A DNA stretch of 64,000 nucleotides from Prorocentrum cordatum (Eukaryota), in contig CAUYUJ010000225.1 of NCBI GenBank assembly GCA_963575745.1, positions 682,001 through 746,000 of the forward strand. The letters are read 5' to 3'. A program made the position numbers and the translations under genes. Below the pieces are notes generated by a model, which was not told where the DNA came from, ran no database searches, and saw nothing but the letters and a program-made list of their open reading frames with translations. Below are positions 26,583 through 38,088 of this stretch, in pieces (position 1 is the first letter of the stretch; each line of letters begins with the position of its first letter).

Positions 26583-29500
26583 TACCACCACCATCAACAT
26601 CATCGTCATCATCATCCCTGACATCACCATCACCATCACCACTGTCACCACCACCACGGCCACCATCATCATCATTACCATCGCCATCAACATCGTCTTC
26701 ACCATCGTGATCATCATTACCAACATCGCCATCACCATCACCATCACCATCACCATCGTCATCATCTCCATCATCATCACCATCACGATCACCATCACCG
26801 TCATCATTATCACCATCACCATCATCATCACCAGTACCATCATCATCACAATCATCACCATCTACATTATCATCACCATCATCACCATCGTCATCATCAT
26901 CTTCATCTTCATCTTCATCATCATCATCATCATCATCATTACCACCATCATCATCACCATCACCATCACCGTCACAATCATCATCATCACCATCATCATC
27001 AGCATCACCATTACCACCATCAGCATCACCATCACCATTAAGAGTATCATCATGATATTCATCGTAATAATCATGATAATCATAATCATAATCACCATCA
27101 CCTTCACCTCGTCATCACCGTCATCATCTTCATCTTGATTGTCATCATCATCACCATGACCATTACCACCACCACAGCATCATCCCCACAATCATAATCA
27201 CCATCATTATCAACAGCATCATCATCATCATCATCACTACCACCGTCGCCACAGCCACCGCCACCATCATCATCAGTATCTTCACCATCATCACCATCAC
27301 AATCCCCATCACCAACACCATCATCATCATCATCATCATCATCATCACCATCACCATCACCATCATCATCATCACCATCATCATCATTATCATCATCACC
27401 ACCGTCACCACCATCATCGCCACCTCCACCGTCACGACAACCAGCGTCACAACCACGACCGCCATCATCACCATCACCATCACCATCACCACCATCATCA
27501 TCATCATCATCATCATCATCTTCATCACCCCGCCTTCCCTCCCTCCCTCCCTCCCTCCCTCCCCCTCCTCCCCTCCCCCCCTCCCTCCCTTCATCTACCC
27601 CTTTACCTCCCCGCCGCTCGAGGGGGCATGGGAAGCACTGCGGCGTGGCCATGGGCCCCCTCGGCGTCGCGGCCAGCGGCGCTTTCAGCGGAAAGACGCC
27701 CGATGCGCTCGTCTGCAAGATGAGCTAGCTCCTCGAGCCGCCGATCGACCTCCCCGCCGAAGGCGACGATCGGCTGCCCGGGGCTTGCGACGAGCAGCTG
27801 CGTCCGAGCCCGCTTCGCGCGGCGGGGCGGGCTCTGGCCAGCTCTGCCCCTTCCTCGCGCGCCTCTGCGAGAGGAGGTCGTCCGAGGCCCCCCGCGACGG
27901 AGGGGGCCCAGCGCCGGCTCGGCCTCCGGGCCGACGTCCGAGGCAGCGCGACGGAACATGCCGCGCGCCTCGTCGGGCGCGATAGTCCACAAACTGTCAG
28001 TCGAGGCCTCCCCGTGCACCGGCGCTTCCAGCCACATTACGAGGCCGTCGACGACCGCGCTCTCGTCGGACTCGCCCGTTTCGCCAGTTCTCGATTGAGG
28101 AAGGCGTCGTTGATGACGAGCGCCCAATGGCCCCGACCCCCCGCCCCGTCGGGGCGAGGGCGCGCGACGCGACGCTGCCTGCCGGGGGGAAGCAGGCCTC
28201 GCGCGGCCTCGGGCAAGCGTCGAGCATCAGCCTGATAAGGACGGCCACGGCGAAGAAGTGCCTGGTCACCAGAACCCCGACGACCGCGGCCATCGCCGCT
28301 CGCGGGGGGGGGGGGGGGGGCGCATCTGCGGCGGCGCCAGCTTCTGCTACCAAGTCAAGGCACGAGCCGCGACATGGCGGGGCGCGGTGCTTCAGCGCCG
28401 CCATCAGCGCCGCCCCCGCGGCGCCAAGGTTCACGCCGTGGGCAACAAAGACGACGTCGCACTCCGCCGCAGTCGAGAAGCCCCTGCTCGCCTAGCGGCG
28501 CCACTCTTAGCACTCTTTGGCAGCCCCCAGTACTTGGCCGCCGTCGCGTCGGAGATAGCCGCCGTCTCGAGCGCCGACGGAGCTCTGCTCATGGGCGAGC
28601 TGGGGGCAGGGCGAATCCTCGCCCCCCTGTTCGGCCAGCGTCGCAGCTCGCTGCCGTCGAGACTTGGGGAACAACCCGCCTGTTTGGCCGAGCGAAACGG
28701 GCCGACGACGGCGCGTCCGAGGCATTGCGTTCGCCGGGGATCCAGCGCGCTGCGCTCGAATCCTGGCGGCCGCCGATAACGCGCAGAGCTTTCGCGTTCG
28801 CTGAAGGATTCTGCGAGCGCCTGAACGACCCTTGCCCGCGGCAGGTGCCAGAGCCAAATTGTCCGCAGCGAAGAGGACGCGTCGGCGGCGAAGCCGGCCA
28901 GACCGAGACGCGCGTCGCATCGCACGATGTCTAAGCCGAGCCTCGAATGATGCGAAGAATGGGTCGCCGCCCAGACGTCGCTCGCAGCGATCGCGCCGGA
29001 GAGCTCGTCGAAGCCGCTTCGTGAACCTTCCATTCTGGGTTGAAGATGGGCGGCATGTCGTTCTCCATCGTGGCTGGGCTCGGAGCCTCCCAAACCGACC
29101 CTCTTGGGTTGAAAACGGCCAACGTGTCCTGCGCCATCGGGCCGCCGCGGTCGAAGTTGATCGGGCGCTTCGTCGCAGTCGATCGCCTCGCCGCCGAAGT
29201 CGCTGTCGAAGTAAACTGATCCCCGAGCCGCGATGGGACTTCGCGCAACAAGGGCCCGACGATGATGACATGGGCCCAGTTGGGTGCCCAGGAAGCACCA
29301 GATGCCGGCGGCCCCCCCATGCACTTTTGTTATCTTGTGCTGAGGGGCGCCGCCCAAGACCGCGTTGGGCAAAATACCGAAAGCGCGAGCCCAAGCGTGC
29401 GCCGCGCCCGAGTCGCGGCGGCGCCGCCGCTAAGATTGCCTGCCGGCCGAGTCGCTGTCTCCCGGTCGAAGGTCTCGCAGCGGGCCCCGACTCCGACGTG

Positions 29501-29974
29501 GTTGGGCGACGCGTCGCTGCAGGAGGAGGCGGCGCTCTATTTGGCCCTGGCGCCAGCCCGGGGCGGGGCGACGGCCGCGGCCGCCTCGCGAGCCCGGCCG
29601 CAGCGGCGCGGCCCCCCGCGACCCCCGAGCCGCGAAGTGGCGCACTGCCCTGAAGATCGACAGCACGGGCCGACTCGCGATCGCGCCCCGCGCGCAATGA
29701 CCGACCGCGGCCGCCGACGCGAGCGGCCAGGCGAAGCCTGGCCTGACCGGCCCAAGCAGCGCCGAGCGAAATAAGCCGAGCTGTTCGCTCCTGCACCCGA
29801 CGACGCCCGCGTCGCCGAGGGCGCCCGCGCCCGCGAACGCGACCCGCTGCGCAGCCGGGGCTAAGTCGCCAACCAATGGGCCCCTCGCCCCCAGCGCGGC
29901 GCGAATGTCCTGCCACTCGGCCGCGGCGACGTCTGGGCCCGGCGAGACCGCGGCGAGGTCATCGACGCAGCCCG

Positions 29975-30028
<54 letters not shown>

Positions 30029-31907
30029 AGTTCTCGCGCAGCGGCGGCGCCGCGGCGCCGTCGACCAGCAGAGACGCCAGCGTCGATGGCCTCGGCCAGG
30101 GCGGACTGGCAGAAGTGCGACGTCCACGGCCAGCCCGTCGACATGACGTAGACGAGCGGCTGCAGGCAGCCGCGGCCCCCGATCTCGGCGCCGCCCAGGT
30201 GCTTGGAGCCAGGGCACCTCCGCAGCGCAACGGGGAATCTGAAGTAGCGACTAAGATGCGGAGGTAGCTCCATATGGTAGATCGCGCGCTGCACGGCGCC
30301 TTTGGCCACGAAAAAAAAACGCCGCTGGCCTCGGGCGCGCCCCGCGCCAGCGGGGCCAGCCATCTGGTGGGGGGAGGGGCCGCGGGGGGCAGGTTGGAAA
30401 CCCGCGCGTCGAACGCGAGGCGCAAAATGACGTCGCTGGCTTTCTCGGCAAAGAACAACCCAGTAGAGAAAATGTCCTGGCGTTCGGCGACCCCCTACAG
30501 AAGCGCGCCAGATCGATGCACTTGAAGCAGGAATCAGCGCACTGACGAGAAGCAAAGAGCCCACGCACTGACGAGACGAAAACCGAAGATGAGGATCAAC
30601 GCGGGGCTGATCAATTTCAGACCCCTCCCCCCGTGTAGCCGACCCGGCGGGGTCGCGTAGCTCATGGCGCCTACGCCTAAATCAACGTATGACGGTCGGT
30701 TTCAGCGACGGAGTCGGCTGTCGGGACAGGAGCCGTGCGCATAGTTAGGCCAGGAGACAAACACCTTGCTGTAGGAACGTACGTGGGAACCAGCAGAGTA
30801 CCCAGGCGCCGACGCGAGCAACTCCATCAGGGCTGCCTCTCTCTTTTTTACCTAACAGCGAAAACTGATAGGTTTCTAATGGGGTCAAAAGAAAGCATCT
30901 GATGACTCCCCAGGGGGGTCTGGGCGGGAGCCGGACAGGCGAGGGCCGGGCTCGTTTTAAGCAAACAGTCGCACACTTCGTGCTCTTCGACCTCCCAGAA
31001 CTCCATTCCCGGGCCACATTAGCCAACTGTAAGCCACTTCGTGCTCTTCGACTTCCCAAAACTCCATTCCCGGGCCACATTTTGGATGCCCGGAGCCAAC
31101 TGTAGGCCACTTCGTGCTCTTGGACTTCCCAGAACACCGTTCCCGGGCCACATTTTGAATGCCCGGAGCCAACTGTAGGCCACTTCGTGCTCTTCCACTT
31201 CCCAGAACTCCACTCCCGGGCCACATTTTGAATGCCCGGAGCCAACTGTACGCCACTTCGTGCTCTTCCACTTCCCAGACTTCCAAGACTCATCATCTTC
31301 ATCATCATCATCGTCCCCGTAGCCTTCTTGGCTACAGCCCTGCTTTCGAAGATTTCCTTTCAAAGGAACTGCGCAGCGCCTACTGCACACCTTAATGCCA
31401 GGACATGCTGATAGTTCTCGGTCTGGCGGCGGTGCTCCTGACCCTGCTGCATTGAACAGCGGTGCTCCTCAGCCTGCGGCAGGGAACAGCGCTGCTCCTC
31501 AGCGTGCTGCATTGAGCGGTCCTCTGCAAACGCTCGTCGAGCACGTGAAGCAGTTCGGCCGGATACCGAAGCGAAATAAAGGAACGTCCGAACAAGAACG
31601 GGCCGAAAACAAGTTGGCCAAACGTTTCTCGGACCATCGCGACCGCATCCCCAAAGACATGTTGCATGAACACTATTACTGTTGCTGCTGCTGTTGCTGC
31701 TGCTAGTGTAGCTATTGCTACTGCAACTACTGGCAGTGCCACTGCGACTGCCGCTGATGTTGCCACTGCGACTGCCACTGCGAATCCGAATGCGACTGCG
31801 AGAACACCAGAATTCTACAACAGCGCTCTTACCTGAATACCAAAGGCAATGCTTCCAGCTATGCTTCTACACATCGCTGTTAGGTTGCTTTGCCGGGATA
31901 TTTTTTT

Positions 31908-31963
<56 letters not shown>

Positions 31964-34900
31964 GGAGACTTAAGTATCCAGGATGCTGTTGAGCGAAGAA
32001 CTCTTCAGAGTCACTGCTGGCAACTGGAGGAAGGCCAGGAGGCGGCGCGCCCATATCGCTCGGGCCACATCGAGGGTGTCGACGCCAGCGTTGGACCACT
32101 CTTGCCAAACAGCACCTTTGGAAGTACGAGATCCCCACACAACAAATGCCCGACTTTCGCTCTACGGGGCGAGGGCGGAAAGGAAACGCATCGCGCTGCC
32201 GGACTGAACGAGCAGCGCTGGGGCAATGCGCACGGCGGGCGCCACCCGGGAGCACCCCGCGGCCAGGCCTGGTCTCATCGAGCTTCATGGCGCCCGCAAG
32301 GCCCGCGAGGAGCGGGCCTTGCAGCGCTCCTTGCTTATGGCCCCTTCAGCCCTCATTTGTCCGGCGATGTACTCCAGCAGCTACGGGCAAATTCACAGGT
32401 TGGCCTTCGAGACGCCCGCGCCGAGGAAGTAGCTGGTCTCCGGGGAGGCCTTGCTGCCGCTGCTGCTGGCACTCTTGGCCGCCACCTTCGTTTTGGGACC
32501 GACCGCGGCGGCCGTGGAAGTGAGAGCCTCGTAGACGTGCTACTCCAGCAGCTGGAGCTGGCGGGCGATCGCCTCGAACGACCCCCATCTCCGCCACATG
32601 CAGCTGGTCGTAGACCACGGCCAACTCCAGGACGCTGCACCGCGTCTCGTGGAGCCTGGCGTGCCCGTCGTTGTCGGCAAGCATCGTGGCCATGGGGGGC
32701 CCCGCAAGTTTTACCATGAAGGCGAAGCACCACAAGAGGGCCCGCGGGCCCTCGACGGGCCACCTGACAACGGGCGTCTGCGTCAGGGAGCTGGCGGCCC
32801 CACCGAACCTCGTCACGCGCTGGCCACGATCGCTCGTCTGCATGGAGAGGACGCGGAAATGGCCGCCAGGCCCCGCGGCGGCGGGCCACGGCGGGGGCCG
32901 CGGGAGTGGCCAGCGCCCCTCCAACAGCGGCAGGCGGCGCCCCCCCAGGGCGGCGGCCAGCGCGGGCAGCCCAGGGGCCGCGCCCGCGAGGGCTGTCGAG
33001 GGGGGGGGGGGCGCCGCACCTGGCACCAGGGCGAGGGGCGAGGGCGGCAGCGGCGCCCCGCGGGCGGAGCTGCGCCGCGCCTCCGGCGCCAACGCGCGGC
33101 GGCGAGGCCCCAGCAGCCGCCGCCGCAGGGCCGGCAGGATCCGCGAGGCAGTGGGCGCCCGGCGCCACGCACAGCACGCTGCCTGCGGCGAGCTCCAGCG
33201 GCAGGGTCCCAGGCGGCAGCAGGTGGCCCGCCACGGCCCTGGCCACGGCCGCCCACGCCTGCGCCGCCGTGGGGGGGCGGCGGAAGCGGTGGACATGGGC
33301 CTCCAACAAGCCGGGCGGGGTCGCGCCATGGCCCGCGAGGCGGATGACTGCATGGATGTCGGGGCCAGGAGCGTTCAGTCCGTCGTAGTCGTCGCCGTCG
33401 GGCGTGAGGATGTGCGGGAGAGCGCCCCGCCCTCTCTCGGCGTCAAGCGTTCGTGCCACAAGGTTGGGCCCGCCACGCGGCACCGCACCGCGTAGAAGGA
33501 ACCCGCCATCACTGCGAAGCGCGGCCGCACGGCGCGCGACTGCTGCACGGCAAGCTCCGCCGAATCGACGCCGACGAGGGCCTCCGCGGGCGCAGGCGAA
33601 GTCAGCGCCCAGCGCGCGGCAGCCGCGCCGACGAGCAGACCGATCACGAATCCCAGCAGCCCTTTTGGGCTACGGTGGTCAAGCGAAATCCTTCTGTCCT
33701 CTTCCGGAAACCTCTCCCTTCCGGGAGGTCGACTTTCCCCCCCCCGTCCCGAGGGTTTTTTGGGGGCGGGCCGCGATCATGTCAGGGCGCCCAAGATGGC
33801 CCAAGTTTGCTACAAGAGGGCCTCCCCTGCTCCAAAATGGCCCCCCCAAATAGCCGACGACATACCTCCGGGAGGTCCGACGAGGGCCACAAGACGGTTC
33901 CAAGTGCTCTCGGAGTCTTTTTCAGGGCCCCCCAAGAAGCCAAAATCCTTCAAGCACCTAAGGGAAAACAGTGATGGTTGCCTTCTCGTCGTTTCCTTTC
34001 CGATGCGCTGTTGAGGCCTCAGCATGTCCCAAAAAGACCTAAGAGGGCCCAAGAGGGCCCCAAGACCCCCGAAAGAGCCCCGGGAGGACTCCAACATCTC
34101 CGAAAAAAATCATAAGAAAGCTCAAGGAGGCGATTGTCAGGCCTCGGTCCTCGTCCTAGTTGTCCTTCTCCTCGTCCTTGCCCCAATCCTTGCCCTCATT
34201 GGTTTCCTTTTCATGTTTCTCCTCTTCCTCGTCGTGGACGTCGTCGTTATCGTTTCCCTCCTTCTCCTCCTCCTCCTCCTCTTCCTCCTTCCGCTCCCCT
34301 TGCTCCCACGCGGGCCCGAAGAGGCCATCCAATGCAACCCCCTCGCTCCCAGAGACCTCTCTGTTCATCCTGGTTGCCCGCTCTGTTCCACCACGTGTGT
34401 CTCCTCGTCCCTTATCCTGCCAGCTTTCATGGGCAGGGTTTCTCAGTGGGCAAGTGGGGATCGTTTTTGATCGCGAGCGCGCCGGAGGTGCCGGACACCG
34501 TCAAAGTCGCAGCAGCGGGCCACGAGCGAATTGCGCACCGAGAGGAGGGAAACAGGCGACGAGAAGAAAAACAGGCGATGAGAGGACAGCGGAGGAGGAA
34601 CAAGCAGGAGGCGGGCCTCGCTGCCGCTCAGGAGAGGGCGCCGTCGATTGGGGCACTGCCAGGCGGGATGCATCGCCAAAATGGCGGGGAATTCTACTGG
34701 TGGGGATACGCGAAGCGTTGGAATATAGGGGCCGCCCAGCCCGCCAGGCCATCCACCGTCGGGCAAGGGTCGACCATGGGAGTGGCGGTCCCGTAGTCCG
34801 CCCCCGACGGACAATGGCAGGCCAGCTGATGACACGACGGCTGCGGATACGTGAACGACGGCGTGCACACGCAATCAAGGCAGGGCTCCGTGGCACCGCG

Positions 34901-35027
34901 CCGATCGCGCGCGCAGCCTCGGCGGTCATCAAGTCCAGCGCAGCATGACTCGCCGCCGAGCCCGAAAGAGACCTGAGAACGGTACTGCGGCCCGATTGGA
35001 GCCACAAGTAACAGCGGAGCAGCACAT

Positions 35028-35079
<52 letters not shown>

Positions 35080-36550
35080 GATGATGATGATGGTGGAGAT
35101 GGTGATCATGATGCTAAAGATGATGGTGATGAAGATGACGTTGCTGCTGCTGATTATGATGGTGGTGCTGTTGTTGGTGATGGTGATCATATGTGATCAT
35201 GACGAAGATGCTGATGATGATGGCGCTAATGATGATGCCGATGATGCTGAGGATGATGACGAAGATGATGACGATGATGATGATGCCGATGATGATGCTG
35301 CTGACGATGATGCTGATGCTGACGACGACGACGGCGACGACGACGATGATGACAATGATGATGAGGATGATGATCATTATGCTAGTGACCACGATGATGA
35401 TGATGGTGATGATGATGACGACGATGATAAAGATGGTGATGATGGTGACGATGATGATGGTGATGATGATGCTGGTGGTGATGGTGATGATGATGATGGT
35501 GGCGATATGAGGATGATGAAGATGGAACTGATGGTGATGATGATGTTTGTGATGATGGTCATGACGAAGATGCGGATGATGATGACGCTGCTGATCACGC
35601 TGCTGATGTTGAGGATGATGACGACGGCAACGATGACGATGATGATGACGATGATGATGACGATGAAGCTAATGCCGACGATTATGCTAATGCTGACGAC
35701 GATGATGATGACTATGATGCTAGTGCTCATGCTGATGATGATGATGATGATGATGATGAAGATAGTGATGACGATGATCACGATGATGATGAGGATGCTA
35801 ATGACGACGACGATGATGCTGGTGATGATGATGATGACGAAGATGATGATTATGATGGTGGTGATGATGACGATAATGATGATGAAGATGATGATGATGA
35901 TGATGACAACGACGGTGATGACGATGATGCTGATGACGACGATAATGATGATGGAAATAAGGATGACGATGATGAGGGTGGTGCTGATGATGATGATTAT
36001 GATTGTGATCATGATTATGCTGATGATGATGATGATGCAGATGCTGATGATGCTAATGATGATGATGATGATGATGCTGATGACGAGGCGGATGATGATG
36101 ATGACGATGATGATGATGATGATGATGATGAGGATGATGCTGGTAACGACGATAACGATGATGATAATGTTGAAGATGATGCTGATGATGGTGATGATGA
36201 TGATGGTGATGATGATGGTGATGATGCTGATGGTGATGGTGATGGTGGTGATGCTGATGACGATGATGACGATGATGACGATGATGATGATGATGACGAT
36301 GATGATGATCGTGGTGGTGATGATGGTGATTCTTTTGATGATAACGATGATGACGTTGATGATGATGGTTATGATGATGATGATGATGATGAAAATCATG
36401 ACGAGGTTGATGATGTTGATGATGCTGCTTATGATGATGTTTATGATGCTGCTGATGATGATGCTGCTGCTGCTGATGATGATGATGATCATGATGATGA
36501 TGATGATGATGATGATGATAATGATAATGATAATGATAATGATAATGATA

Positions 36551-36644
<94 letters not shown>

Positions 36645-38056
36645 CGTCCAGTCGGCCACGCCCGGCAGGCAGAAGCTCGCGCAGGCGTCCCTCCACGGGC
36701 GCGCGACCCCGCCTCGCGGCGGGGCCCGCGGCCGCCGCAGGCCGCGGACCTCGCGGGCCAGCTCCGCCGCCGCGACCAGGGACGCCACCTGCGCGCCCAC
36801 GAGGAGGAGGAGGAGGAGGCGGAGTAGGTGGAGGGGGAGGAGGAGGAGGAGGAGGAGGAGGAGGAGGAGGAGGAGGAGGAGGAGGAGGAGGAGGAGGAGG
36901 AGGAGGAGGAGGAGGAGGAGGAGGGCGTCCCCCCTGGCGGATCACTGCCGCCGCCTTCCGCCGGCCTTCCGCCGGCGGAGCCGACCTCGCTGCGATTCGG
37001 CCGCGCTCCGCCGGCCTTCCGCCGCCCCGCCGCCACCGGCATTCAAGAAGAAAACCCCTCGGACGTGCTACGTCCAGAAGCAATCAGGCCAAAGGTTTGT
37101 CTCCATATTCAGCCCCTGGGGGCCCCTACTGGACCTCGGGCCCGTCCAGAGAGAGGCTCAGGACGAAAAACCAGCCCTGGGAAAGAGTGGGGGCTTCTGG
37201 GGAGCCCGCGCCGAAAAAAACAGGACATTGCATGTCTGGGACTGCACGACCACAAACTGTCGGAAGTCCGCGTGGATGATTTGAATCAGCGCTGCTGGAC
37301 CAGGGACGCCACCTGCGCGACAACAGGGAGGTACGGTCGGGAACGTTTGCTTAGCGTGTCGCCGCGGAGGCCCCGGCGGCGACGTCGGCAATGCACCGAC
37401 GCCGCCAGCGTGGAGAGAATTGGGCCCCACATCGAGCCGCATCGCCGATGCATCGGCGATTCGGCGCGATTCCCGACCCCATCTGCTCCGACCCCATCTA
37501 GGAGGCCCACGGACGGGAACTTCTAGACTGCATGACCACAAACGTTCGGAGGTGCCTTCGGATTTCTTGAATCGGCGCTGCTGGACCCGCCTGGCGGCGC
37601 CTCGGGCGCCGCCCCTGGCGCGTTCCACGCGCCAGGGAGCAGTGTCCAGCGCGTATCCAAGAAATCCGTGTGACCTCCGAAAATTGATGGTTATGCCGTC
37701 TTTCCCTCTCTCGCAAGAAGAAACGATCTGACCCCCCCTCCCAGAAGCAGGGCGGGCCAACGGGCGGCTGGCTTCGTGAGCTCATAGCCTCGCCAGCGCC
37801 TGCGTACTCTGCGCCCCAGCTCTCCAAGCCGTTCTGCTCTTCCCGGTCACTGCTGCCGCGGCCAGCGCGGCGGCATGGTGCGAGAGCCAAGCAGAGGGAC
37901 GGACTGGGGAGGACGTGCGCGCACGCACGCAGCAGCTAGGCAGGGCCGGCCGAGCTCCTCCGAAAGTCCCTCTGCAGCTGCCCGAACCGCACCTCGGTCC
38001 AACGAGGTCAGCCGCAGGCACAACTGAGGGGGAACGTTAGGGGGGGGGCCGGCTCA

Positions 38057-38088
<32 letters not shown>

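Larger units (their letters stand above)
23290..33520 (-). mobile_element. Degenerate, interrupted DIRS-like (tyrosine recombinase) retrotransposon with a terminal DNA methyltransferase remnant
   Basis: Gag-like region 32200-33520 (LWHERL, LTPDGDDY, WPVEGPR, LHE..C..LE..VYDQL); RT 29850-30480 (FFAEK..LRLAFDARVSN, IYHMELP, TGWPW..HFCQ, CVDD); RNase H-like region ~28700-29500; YR 27850-28570 and duplicate 24000-24667 (CPRPRE, TGESDESAVVD, LRRGG/GASDD); MTase-like region 23290-23760. Confidence 0.82.

Noticed and set aside
25427..27138. Long poly-His/Ile/Met/Asp ORFs (also at 35027-37279 and 195-1226)
   Set aside because: They are translations of (CAT/GAT)n microsatellite, open in several frames at once and lying in introns.
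30965..31285. CRISPR-like regular repeat (also 5425-5925)
   Set aside because: The units are contiguous with no unique spacers, there are no cas genes, and the context is eukaryotic.
33655..33680. ACCGTAGCC on the minus strand upstream of the DIRS gag-like ORF, resembling the SL 5' half
   Set aside because: It is followed by CAAAAGGG rather than ATTTTGGCTCAAG, too weak to call an SL relic.
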